Origin: Candidatus Eiseniibacteriota bacterium
Lineage (GTDB): Bacteria > Eisenbacteria > RBG-16-71-46 > CAVPCR01
Assembly (NCBI GenBank): GCA_963823555.1
Contig: CAWGMA010000002.1
Coordinates: 160,001-224,000 of the forward strand
DNA length: 64,000 nt
Direction of reading: 5' to 3'
The translations under genes were made by a program, and so were the position numbers. Below are positions 12,664 to 21,430 of the stretch, piece after piece. Below the pieces are notes generated by a model that saw only the letters and a program-made list of their open reading frames with translations, made no database searches and was not told the origin of the DNA. How positions within the stretch are numbered: the stretch's first letter is position 1; the number at the start of each line of letters is the position of its first letter.

Positions 12664-13107
12664 TTACTGGATGTCGACCTCGATGTGCCGCTCGCGGGCG
12701 TTCTCCGCCTTCGGGAGCATGATCTCGAGGACGCCGTCCTTGTAGCTCGCCTTCACCTTGGACGAGTCGACCGCCGTCGAGAACGGGAAGTGGCGCTCGA
12801 ACGTGCCGTAGAAGCGCTCCACGTGGCGGTAGGTCTTGCCCTCCTCCTTGGCCTCGGCCTTCTTGCTGAGGCGGAGCGAGAGGGTGTTGTCCTGCACGGT
12901 GAGTTCGATGTCCTCGCGCTTGACTCCAGGGATCTCGACGGTGACGGCATAGGCGTCACCGGTCTCGACCACATCGGCAAACGGATAGGTTGCCTGGGTG
13001 ACCTCGGTCAGAGGGAAGCGGAACATCTCGTCCATGAGCCGGCTCATCTCGCGAGACGGGCTGCGCAACGTGTCACTGAGCGGGTTCCAGCGGGTAAGGG
13101 TCGTCAT
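12664..13107 (-). CDS. Hsp20/alpha-crystallin small heat shock protein
   Basis: EIPGVKREDI, ERFYGTFER, ASYKDGVLEIMLPK; strong AAGGAGG RBS. Confidence 0.96.
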   Translation of the reverse strand: MTTLTRWNPLSDTLRSPSREMSRLMDEMFRFPLTEVTQATYPFADVVETGDAYAVTVEIPGVKREDIELTVQDNTLSLRLSKKAEAKEEGKTYRHVERFYGTFERHFPFSTAVDSSKVKASYKDGVLEIMLPKAENARERHIEVDIQ

Positions 13108-13207
13108 GGCTATTTCCTCCTTCGAGCGGGATCTTGTCCGGGCGCTTCCTCCCGGTCCCTTACGGGACCGGGCACCCGATCCTTTTGACGTCTCGCTCGC
13201 TTGCTAT

Positions 13208-13223
13208 TGCAGCCCCCGTGCCA
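13208..13223 (-). promoter_or_regulatory. Sigma54 (-24/-12) promoter for hsp20
   Basis: Minus strand reads TGGCACG-GGGG-CTGCA (GG-N10-GC); IHF-like motif immediately upstream at 13230-13254. Confidence 0.7.
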
Positions 13224-13229
13224 ATGCTT

Positions 13230-13254
13230 CAACTACTTATTTGACAGTCGATTA
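13230..13254. promoter_or_regulatory. 25-bp double IHF-like motif
   Basis: CAA-CTAC-TTA-TTTGA-CAG-TCGA-TTA. Confidence 0.55.
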
Positions 13255-13357
13255 TAGCGATCGACCAGCGAGATCCGCTCCTGGCGTTCCATAATTGAAC
13301 CACCGCTCGATGACCTCTCGAACAGCCGTTCTATCTTGAGACGGAGCCCAAACCAGA

Positions 13358-13384
13358 AGCCCGCACCTCGTTGAGGCGCGGGCT
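13358..13384 (-). terminator. Intrinsic terminator after lipoprotein gene
   Basis: Minus strand AGCCCGCGCCTC-AAC-GAGGTGCGGGCT then TCTGGTTT. Confidence 0.65.
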
Positions 13385-13416
13385 CCGGAGAAGCCGGGGT
13401 GTCGAGCGGGAAGGGT

Positions 13417-14076
13417 CTACGGGCGCGGCAGGTCCTTCCACTCACCAATCCAGTACCGGCCGTAGCTGGCGATGGAATCCGGATTGGAAGGGGCATAGAT
13501 CGGCTGGTCGAGGTCGGGGGCGAACAGGAACTCGGCCTGGCCGCCGTTCACCTCGAGGCCATCATTCGGGTTGAACATGAGCCGGAGATAGACGTTGGAG
13601 GCGAAGATCTCCTGCCACTCTTCACGGCCCGCCGGTGCCGGATCCAGGGGAGTTGCCGGTCCCCGGGTGATGGCGAGCTGCAGGGAGTAGATGTCGCCGT
13701 TCTCCTGGGCGTTGAAGAGGCCCTCGTGGGCCGCGACTTCGGAATCGAGCCCCCAGCTCTCGGGAAGCCCGTTCTGGATGTCAGCCGGCTGGAAGCGGAA
13801 GATGAAGCCAATAACGGGTGGGTCCACATCGGGATCGCCGGGGAAGAAGAGCTTCTCGTACTCGTTCCGGCGCTCGATCGCCGAGTGCTCCTTGTCGTTG
13901 TAGATGGTCTGCAAGTTGATGAGAAGGCTGTCCGGAGGGGCGTACTTGAAGTTGAAGGGATCCACCGGCGGCGGCGGATCGTCGTCTTCATCCGGGCTGA
14001 AGATGCAGCCGGCACCGGTCAAGGTCAGGGCAACGGCAAGAACTGCCACGAATGGCAGGAAACGGGGGAACGGCAT
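13417..14076 (-). CDS. Hypothetical lipoprotein (possible NTF2-like fold)
   Basis: MPFPRFLPFVAVLAVALTLTGAG-C lipobox; GAGGAGG RBS before ATG 14076; motif-level similarity to 14327-14911. Confidence 0.8.
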   Translation of the reverse strand: MPFPRFLPFVAVLAVALTLTGAGCIFSPDEDDDPPPPVDPFNFKYAPPDSLLINLQTIYNDKEHSAIERRNEYEKLFFPGDPDVDPPVIGFIFRFQPADIQNGLPESWGLDSEVAAHEGLFNAQENGDIYSLQLAITRGPATPLDPAPAGREEWQEIFASNVYLRLMFNPNDGLEVNGGQAEFLFAPDLDQPIYAPSNPDSIASYGRYWIGEWKDLPRP

Positions 14077-14150
14077 GTAGCGGATACCTCCTCTCGTCCC
14101 GTCTGGTGGGTCGAGCGGGAATGGCTGGTCTCTGGGCGAGAGATTGGTCA

Positions 14151-14165
14151 GCGAAAAGTGTACCA
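14151..14165 (-). promoter_or_regulatory. Possible sigma54 promoter for the lipoprotein gene
   Basis: Minus strand TGGTACA-CTTT-TCGC (GG-N10-GC), 75 bp upstream of the ATG. Confidence 0.45.
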
Positions 14166-14275
14166 ACTTTGGCTGGGTCCCGGCAAGCTGAGCACCCTCT
14201 CCTACACCGGCGACCGGGTTGGGGTTCGGAATCGGCTTCCCGGCTCCATTCAGATCGAAAGGGTCAAATCCCCCG

Positions 14276-14300
14276 CAATTCAAGTCTTGATAAGTGCTTG
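14276..14300. promoter_or_regulatory. 25-bp double IHF-like motif
   Basis: CAA-TTCA-AGT-CTTGA-TAA-GTGC-TTG (right half matches, left half partial). Confidence 0.45.
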
Positions 14301-14326
14301 CCCCCGCATAGCGGTGCCGGATGGTC

Positions 14327-14911
14327 CTACCGGTTCTCGCCCTTGACGAGGCTCCAGGAACTCAACTGCGAGCCGGACTGGCGGCGGTCGATCCAGGTGA
14401 AGATGCGCCAGGAGCCGGCCTCATCCCGCATCTGGAGCTCGGCCAGCCCTTGATAGGTGCTGGACCCGATCGTGAGATCGTAGTTCTCGCGCAGGGTGAC
14501 GACTCCAATATCCTCAACGATCGAATCCTGGCTCGCGAACACCGTCCCGCGCTGGCTCGACAGCGACAGGACCAGCTGCATCACATCCCTCTCCACATCG
14601 TAGGTCCAGTCATCGAAGACGCCGGGATTGGTCGCGGCGAGGGTGATCGAGTCGCGTTCGTCCGGATGGAACACGAAGTCCGGGGTGAAGGCGTTCATGT
14701 AGGCGGTGATGACCCCATCGGCGACTCCGATCTGGATCTGCAGGAGCGCCGAATCGGGATCGCTGAGCGTGACGAGTCGGCCCTCGCTACCCCCACCTGG
14801 CTGTTCCGGAGCCCGCGGGCTCAGATCGCAGGACATGAGGGAAGCGATGAGCGAGGCACCGACCGCGGCGACCACGAGCCCAATTCCGCACCGTTCTCCG
14901 TTCCGGATCAT
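14327..14911 (-). CDS. Hypothetical lipoprotein, probable paralog of 13417-14076
   Basis: Hydrophobic leader ending LMS-C; shared motifs PDSxL, FxF...D...W..D.E, G.AE, W.I..W.D. Confidence 0.78.
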   Translation of the reverse strand: MIRNGERCGIGLVVAAVGASLIASLMSCDLSPRAPEQPGGGSEGRLVTLSDPDSALLQIQIGVADGVITAYMNAFTPDFVFHPDERDSITLAATNPGVFDDWTYDVERDVMQLVLSLSSQRGTVFASQDSIVEDIGVVTLRENYDLTIGSSTYQGLAELQMRDEAGSWRIFTWIDRRQSGSQLSSWSLVKGENR

Positions 14912-14938
14912 TTCCAGGTATCCCCTCGTTCTCGGTTC

Positions 14939-16930
14939 CTAGAACACGTACCCGAAGCTCGCGCTTCCCACCCAGTAGTTGTTTCGCGTGTTGCGATCGT
15001 TCCAGCTCTGATAGCGACGCAGATTGGCGCCCACGGTTGGCCCGATCCGGAGCTTGTGATTCACCTGGACGGTGAGCTCCAGCTCGTTGAACCGGTTCTG
15101 CGTGGCCACCTCGAAGATGTTCTCCCCGCGCACCTGGTAGGTGATGGCGTCGGTGATTCTCCGGTTGTGGCGGAATCCGAGCTGAATCCCCTGCACCACG
15201 CTGTAGTCGGCGCGGAAGGTGAGGTCGCGGGACTGGTCCTCGCGTGATCGCGAAAACCGCCGGACCCCGTCGGCGCCCGGGCGGTAGGAGCCGTCCTGCA
15301 GGAAGCGCAGGCTGTGTCGCAGGTTGATTCCGAGCCGCGGCAGTACCCGGGCGTCGATCGTGGAGCGGAGCTCCGTGGTACGCGACAGCCGGCTCTGCGA
15401 CTCGTTGAAATCGAAGTAGGTGGCATTGGCGATCGCCGATGCCTCCTCGCGGAAGGTGATGCGAGGATTGATCCGGTACTCGAAGGTCGGCGTGACAGCC
15501 CATACTTGCTGCGTCTGATTGGTGCCCGATTTCGACGCGTCGATGAAGATGGTCTGGTTGTGCTGCACGCTGAAGCGGACATTGGTCGCGATCTTCGGGA
15601 TCGGATAGTAATTGAGACGGGCGGCGAAGTCGCCATGGACGACATCGCGATCGTCCGTGTTCCTGGTCAGATCATCGAAGAGGAAGCTCTGCAGGGAGTA
15701 GCTGCCGGCGACGTCGACCGCGGCCCGCTGCCCGAACGGGCGGCGCGCACTGCCGCCGAGCGCGCTGTTCACGATGTCCCCGTTCAGGAACACGCGGTCT
15801 GCGGCGTCGTAGAGGCTCCGGGCCCGGGACCAGTCGCCGCGGAAGTCGACCCGGGTCGAGTCGGAGAACAGGTAGGCGAGGGTGCCCTTGAGGGCGCGAT
15901 CGATGGACTGCTGGCTGCGCTCGGCGTCGACGACGCGGTTGACGTCGTTGTTGCGATAGGAGACCGAGCCCGAGAGGTCGAGGCGGGGGATGGGCGTCAT
16001 GGCTGTGGCCAGGCTGACATCGCGGTTCAGGTTGTCGTTCGTCTCCTGGGATGCCACGCCGTTCTCGAGAATGGGGTACTGGTTGCGGCTGAACCGATTC
16101 CCGAGCGTGAGCTTCCAGGGCTGGAACCCCGGCACCTTGAAGCTGGATGTGAGCGAGACATCGGCGTTCAGGTTGTGGTCGTCGGTGGTTGTGTTCGTGA
16201 ACTTCTCGGTGGATTTGAGCCGCGAGTTGCGTACCGACGTGTTGAGGGCCCAGTCGGCATAGCGCGTCACCGTGAAGTTGGCGGAAGCATCGGCATGAGG
16301 GCCGAAGCTCTCCCGGCTCGAGGTGAGGGGGTCGACGCGCTCGTCGTGCGTGGTGCCCCCGCCGAAGCGGAACGTGGCCGCGACGCCGCCGCGGAGCGGC
16401 CGGGAATACTGCCCGCCGAACGTCAGGTTCTCCGAGTTCTGCTGGGTATCGGTGCGCCCGGCGTCCACCGTCGAGTTGCGGATGATGCCGACGAGGCCGT
16501 TCAGCTTGACCCCGTTCGGAAACTGGTAGGCGAGATTGAAGGTGTTCGAGTTGTTGCGCCGGTCGCGATCGAGCGTCTGGTCGGTGCCGATGGTGACGGT
16601 GGTGGTGTTGCTCAAGTCCAACCCGCCGGCCCACGTGCCGAATGCAAGGGTCTGCGACCAGTTCCGGGTGTCGCGGTTGATGTCGTACTTGGTCTGGTAG
16701 TTGGGCGCGAAGCGCTGACCGCTCCGCCGCGCCTCGCCGACCCGCGCCGTGTCGGGGATGACACCGAGCAACGAGTCCGCGAGCGCCGAATCCGGGGTGG
16801 CGCCCCCTTCTCCGCCGACGGCGTCGGATTCGTCCCCCTCGTCCGCGAAGACGGCCGGGGGTGGCGTGGGCGACGCGATGGCGAGTGCGAGCGCCAGCGA
16901 GACCAGGATGGCAGGAAGCCAGCGCCTCAT
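14939..16930 (-). CDS. Hypothetical outer-membrane beta-barrel protein
   Basis: Signal peptide, many amphipathic strands rich in S/T/N/R with aromatic ends, C-terminal beta-signal ASFGYVF. Confidence 0.8.
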   Translation of the reverse strand: MRRWLPAILVSLALALAIASPTPPPAVFADEGDESDAVGGEGGATPDSALADSLLGVIPDTARVGEARRSGQRFAPNYQTKYDINRDTRNWSQTLAFGTWAGGLDLSNTTTVTIGTDQTLDRDRRNNSNTFNLAYQFPNGVKLNGLVGIIRNSTVDAGRTDTQQNSENLTFGGQYSRPLRGGVAATFRFGGGTTHDERVDPLTSSRESFGPHADASANFTVTRYADWALNTSVRNSRLKSTEKFTNTTTDDHNLNADVSLTSSFKVPGFQPWKLTLGNRFSRNQYPILENGVASQETNDNLNRDVSLATAMTPIPRLDLSGSVSYRNNDVNRVVDAERSQQSIDRALKGTLAYLFSDSTRVDFRGDWSRARSLYDAADRVFLNGDIVNSALGGSARRPFGQRAAVDVAGSYSLQSFLFDDLTRNTDDRDVVHGDFAARLNYYPIPKIATNVRFSVQHNQTIFIDASKSGTNQTQQVWAVTPTFEYRINPRITFREEASAIANATYFDFNESQSRLSRTTELRSTIDARVLPRLGINLRHSLRFLQDGSYRPGADGVRRFSRSREDQSRDLTFRADYSVVQGIQLGFRHNRRITDAITYQVRGENIFEVATQNRFNELELTVQVNHKLRIGPTVGANLRRYQSWNDRNTRNNYWVGSASFGYVF

Positions 16931-17841
16931 GATGGCGCCCCGCCATCGATCGCGGCCGTTTCCTGATCCCCGAGATCCGGGGCCAGGGCCTGGGCGAGGC
17001 GGACGAAGTCATCCGGGGCCAGGGTCTCGGCGCGCCGCTTGGGATCGATATCGAGATCTCCGAGCACCTGGAGCAGACGCGGGTGCGGGATCCCGAGCTC
17101 GGCGGCCAGGGAGCGGGCGAGGGTCTTTCGGCGCTGCGCGAAGCTGGCGCGTACCACCCTTTCCAGACGGGCGCGGTCGCCGAGCGCGCGCGGCGGATGC
17201 GGCGTGAGGGCGATCACCGCGGAATCGATGTCCGGCGCCGGCCAGAAGGCCTGGCGCGGCACGCGCAGCCTGAGCCGCAAAGCGAAATCGAGGGCCAGGG
17301 CCACCGTGAGCGAGCCGTAGGCTCGAGAGCCGGGATCGGCCAGGAGGCGCGTGGCCACCTCGTCCTGCACCATCACCACGGCGCGCTCGAGGCGCGACGC
17401 CTCGCGCTTGAGCGCGAGCAGGATCTCCGAGGTGAGGTAGTAGGGGAGATTGCCCACGACGCGGAGCCCGGTTGCGGCCACGCGGTCGAAGCGAAAGGTC
17501 CGAACGTCGGCCTCCGCGACCGTGAAGTGGGGCCACGGGGCAAGGGCCGTGGCCAGCCACTCGGCGAGCCGCGGGTCCACCTCCACCGCCATGCCGCGAT
17601 GTCCCGCGGCGGCCAGGAGGAAGGTGAGCGCCCCGAGCCCGGCGCCGATCTCGAGGACTGGCCGCGCCGGATCGGGCGGGCCCAGCTCCGTGACGATCTT
17701 CCGCGCCAGGTTCAGGTCGGCGAGGAAGTGCTGTCCCAGTCGCTTGGCGGGTCGGATCGCCGCCGCCCGATAGCGCTCGCGGAGCGCGCGCGCGGCGGCT
17801 TCGGCATCCCCGGGGACGATGGGGTCGAGGGCCGCGCTCAT
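16927..17841 (-). CDS. rsmA: 16S rRNA m6,2A dimethyltransferase
   Basis: KRLGQHFL, LEIGAGLGALT, VGNLPYYLTS, MVQDEVA, FAQRRKTL, RRAETL; ATGA overlaps on both sides. Confidence 0.95.
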   Translation of the reverse strand: MSAALDPIVPGDAEAAARALRERYRAAAIRPAKRLGQHFLADLNLARKIVTELGPPDPARPVLEIGAGLGALTFLLAAAGHRGMAVEVDPRLAEWLATALAPWPHFTVAEADVRTFRFDRVAATGLRVVGNLPYYLTSEILLALKREASRLERAVVMVQDEVATRLLADPGSRAYGSLTVALALDFALRLRLRVPRQAFWPAPDIDSAVIALTPHPPRALGDRARLERVVRASFAQRRKTLARSLAAELGIPHPRLLQVLGDLDIDPKRRAETLAPDDFVRLAQALAPDLGDQETAAIDGGAPS

Positions 17842-18647
17842 GAGCCTGCCCGCTTCGCTGGCGTGTTCACGGGAGCCGGCAGGCGGAAGAGCCGGCGCGC
17901 GTTCTCGGTCGTCGTCGCCTCCACTCCTGCCGCGGTTTCCGCCCGGAGATCGGCCACGAGCTCTCGCACGATCACGAGGTGAGCCGGCTCGTTGCGCTCG
18001 CGGCGGTGAGGTGCCGGCGCCAGGTAGGGGGCATCCGTCTCGAGGAGGAGCTGCCACGCCGGAGCTCGGCTCACGACCTGGGCGAGCTCATGGTCGTCGT
18101 ACGTGAGCGTGCCGCCGACACCCAGGTGAAGGCCCAGATCCGCGGCCCGCTCCGCGGCGCGGTGACCGCCCGAGAAGCAGTGCAGGACGCCGCCTGAGTG
18201 GTCACGCCCGGCGAGCTCCTCCTCGAGGATATCGAGCACCCGATCGCTGGCCTCGCGCGAATGCACGACGAGCGGCAACTCGAGCTCGCAGGCGAGACCG
18301 ATGTGAGCCCGGAACAGATCCTCTTGCTCCACACGCGGCGAGAGGTTGCGGTAGAAGTCGAGACCGGTCTCGCCGATCGCCACGAGCGGGGCGCCATCGT
18401 GCGCGAGATCGCGGATCGCGTCGATCGCGCCGGGAGGCGCCTTGGTCACGTAGTGCGGGTGGATACCGGCCGTGGGGAACAGCACGCCGGGATGCTCGGC
18501 GGCGAGCGCGACCGCCTTCTGACTCGACGCCAGATCCCATCCCACCTCGACCGCAGCGGTCACCCCCGCCGACCGGGCGCGCACGAGTACGGCGCCTCGA
18601 TCGGCGGCAAACCGCTGGTGCGAGAGGTGGAGATGCGTGTCGATCAT
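17838..18647 (-). CDS. tatD: TatD family hydrolase
   Basis: DTHLHL, GIHPH, IGETGLD, VHSREA, LHCFSG, LETDAPY. Confidence 0.95.
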   Translation of the reverse strand: MIDTHLHLSHQRFAADRGAVLVRARSAGVTAAVEVGWDLASSQKAVALAAEHPGVLFPTAGIHPHYVTKAPPGAIDAIRDLAHDGAPLVAIGETGLDFYRNLSPRVEQEDLFRAHIGLACELELPLVVHSREASDRVLDILEEELAGRDHSGGVLHCFSGGHRAAERAADLGLHLGVGGTLTYDDHELAQVVSRAPAWQLLLETDAPYLAPAPHRRERNEPAHLVIVRELVADLRAETAAGVEATTTENARRLFRLPAPVNTPAKRAGS

Positions 18648-19096
18648 GCGGCAACTCGACGCTGTGAGTTCTGCGCGAGCGGTGAGCCCAAGGCCGACAC
18701 ATGCATGGATGATCTGATCACGACTCGTGCGTTTCGAGGTGGGCTCGACCAGTGTGGGATCGGGGTGGGCCGCCCCGGTCCAGGCGCGAGATGTTCTGCG
18801 GCCAGGTCGGCACTCGCCGCCGAAGCCGCTGTCTTCTTCGCGTGGACTCTGCGATCGACGGTTATCTTAGCAACAGGCCCCGCGAGCTCGCAACGCGCAG
18901 GCCCCGCTCCCGGCCACGGATCGGCGGGTTCCCAGCCTGGACGCTGCCCGGGGCCCCATGCTAATTTACGCCACGTGGCGCTCCGCCCGCATCCGCTGCC
19001 CGCCGGGGCCAGAGCGGCCCGGCCGATCCCTCACCTCCTTGGAATCTCCGGGTTCCCTCACCAGGGATCCGCCTCGAGCGACTTGAGGACGAACGA

Positions 19097-21298
19097 GTGA
19101 AGCACCATTCCTCTCTGCTCCGGCACCGGCCTGCCCGCCGGATCTTGCCTGCGCCCCGAATCGCCTGTGCCGTGGTGGCGTTCCTGGCTCTACCGGCTCT
19201 CTTCGGCGCGGGGCCGGGGCGCGCCGTCGAGCCCGGTCCGCGCACCATTCTCGAGCTCAGCGGCGATCCGGTCGAGCTGGCCGCGGCGCTCGAGGCGGCA
19301 GCAGCGCTCGGCATCAGCGTCCGTCTCGGGGGCCGCGGGTTCGCCCTGGTGGAGGTCGGGGCGGCGGACCTCGCCCGCGTCGAGGCCGCGTTTCCCGGAA
19401 GCCGGCGCCTCCATACGGCCATGCCTCCGTTCGAGCTCGTCCAGGTGCGCGAGAGCGAGCTCGATCCTCGCGGCCGCGAACTCGCCGCGCCGCGGACCAT
19501 CTACCGGAGCGAGAGCGAGGACCTGCGCGTGCTCGCGCTGGGTGAGGGCGATCGGGATGCGCTCGCGCGGGCGACCGGAACCGACCTCGACCACCCCCAC
19601 ATCGAGCTCGGCGCCGCCCATCTGGTCCCGCTTCCTGCTTCGTTGCCGCCCCAGGCGCTCGCACCGCTCGCGGTCGCCGACCGCGAGAACCCTTATCGCC
19701 GGAGTCGCCTCGCCGATCCCACGGCCCGGGCGCGCGCCCTCGCCCTCGCCGGGGACGTGAGTGCGGAGCGCATCGAGCAAATCGTGCGCGATCTCTCCAC
19801 CGGACCGGGCGCCACGCGCTACTCGAGCCGCACCGAGGGCAACCTCTACGCCCGCGACCTCCTGGCGGACACGCTGCGTGCCATCTTCTCGGCGCCGGGC
19901 GATACCGTCTTCACACATCCCTTCACGGCCACGGTCGATGGCGAGGAGATGACCCTCTACAACGTGGTCGCCCGCCATCCGGGCGAGCGCGCGGGCAGCG
20001 GTCGCTACGTGATCGGCGGTCACTATGACTCGACGGCGCGCCGCACCCCGGGCTGGAACGCCGCCAGCGATCCCGCCCCCGGCGCCGATGACAACGCCTC
20101 CGGCACGGCCAGCGCGATCGAAGCCGGACGCGTGCTCGCGCAGGCCCGCTATGACTTCGACCTCGAGGTCGTTCTCTTCGGCGGCGAGGAGCAGGTGCTG
20201 CTCGGTAGCCTGGCCTACACCGCCGACTCGACGCTCGCCGCGCTCGACGAGGTGCTCGGTGTCTTCGTTCTCGACATGGTGGGGTTCAATCCCCGCGCGG
20301 CCGATTCGATGAACGTTCTCACCAACCTGACATCCGAGTGGCTCGCTGATCTCGTGGACGAGGCCGAGGCAACGCTCGATGGGGATCACGGCCTGGATGA
20401 GCTCGACAAGGTGGTCCAGCCCACACTCAACTACTCCGATCACGCCCCGTTCTGGAACAAGGGCAAGAGCGCGGTGCTGTTCATCGAGAACATCGACATC
20501 GTCGCTCACAATCCGAACTACCATCGCGTCACCGACACCGTGGACGAGCTTCTGCTCGTCGACGGCTTCGATCTCATGCGCCGCACGACCGAGACCGTGG
20601 TGGCCACCATCGGCCAGTTCGCGAACGGGCTCACGCCGGCCGAGCCGTTCTTCTTGCCCGAGAAGGGCGTTCTCGTCTTCGACGCCGACGGCGACCTGAC
20701 GGTCCAGGGCGTGGTCGGGGAGCGGCTCGATGCTCGGGTGCGCGTTCTCAACTCCGGCACCAGCCAGGGCACGGTGGGGGCGAGCGCCATCCTGCGCCTC
20801 GGTGGACAGGGGGTCGCGGGCCGCGCCGACACCGTTCTCACCGGTTGGAGCCGCGGGGCCTCGCGGGAGATCGTCGTGCCCTGGACCGTGACCCAGAACC
20901 AGGTCGGGCCAGCGTCCGTGGAGGTCGAGGTCCGGCTCGAGGACGAGTTCGGGGCGATGACCGTTCTCAGCGGCGAGACCTCCCTCGAGATCGCTGATCT
21001 CGTCCTGCGCGAGGTCTATGTCAGGCCCAATCCGATCCGAGGGGCCCTGGCCGACGGGGAGGTCCGGCTCCGGCTGACCGGGGAGACGGACCTCCGCCTG
21101 CGGGTCTTCGATGCGAGCGGCGCCCAGGTGGGCGACTACTCCGGCCTGGTCCGGCCGGGGCAGGGGGTCTTCCTCGACCAGGTTACGGGTGGGGCCGACC
21201 TGCCGAGCGGGGTCTACCTGCTCCACCTCGAGGCCAGGGTGCCGGGGGGTGGGGATATCGTGGCCCAGGAGCTTCTCAAGTTCGCCTATGCCCGCTAG
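19097..21298 (+). CDS. Secreted M28 metallopeptidase with Ig-like and T9SS/FlgD-like C-terminal domains
   Basis: GGHYDS, GADDNASG, GEEQ.LLGS, LDMVG, SDHAPF, YH; C-terminal VYVRPNP...SGVYLL. Confidence 0.9.
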   Translation: MKHHSSLLRHRPARRILPAPRIACAVVAFLALPALFGAGPGRAVEPGPRTILELSGDPVELAAALEAAAALGISVRLGGRGFALVEVGAADLARVEAAFPGSRRLHTAMPPFELVQVRESELDPRGRELAAPRTIYRSESEDLRVLALGEGDRDALARATGTDLDHPHIELGAAHLVPLPASLPPQALAPLAVADRENPYRRSRLADPTARARALALAGDVSAERIEQIVRDLSTGPGATRYSSRTEGNLYARDLLADTLRAIFSAPGDTVFTHPFTATVDGEEMTLYNVVARHPGERAGSGRYVIGGHYDSTARRTPGWNAASDPAPGADDNASGTASAIEAGRVLAQARYDFDLEVVLFGGEEQVLLGSLAYTADSTLAALDEVLGVFVLDMVGFNPRAADSMNVLTNLTSEWLADLVDEAEATLDGDHGLDELDKVVQPTLNYSDHAPFWNKGKSAVLFIENIDIVAHNPNYHRVTDTVDELLLVDGFDLMRRTTETVVATIGQFANGLTPAEPFFLPEKGVLVFDADGDLTVQGVVGERLDARVRVLNSGTSQGTVGASAILRLGGQGVAGRADTVLTGWSRGASREIVVPWTVTQNQVGPASVEVEVRLEDEFGAMTVLSGETSLEIADLVLREVYVRPNPIRGALADGEVRLRLTGETDLRLRVFDASGAQVGDYSGLVRPGQGVFLDQVTGGADLPSGVYLLHLEARVPGGGDIVAQELLKFAYAR

Positions 21299-21430
21299 CC
21301 GGGCCACGCTTCCGGGTCGCCCGGCGCCATCGGCCTTGACTAGGGCCGGGCTCGGCGGCTAGCCTCTTTGTTTCGCGACCGATGCGGCTGGCTGCCGGCC
21401 GCGTCGGGGCGTGTAGCGGGAAGGAAGTCC

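Noticed and set aside
18648..19096. 450-bp divergent intergenic region as ncRNA or small ORF
   Set aside because: No recognisable RNA family or credible ORF; only weak extended -10 candidates on each strand.
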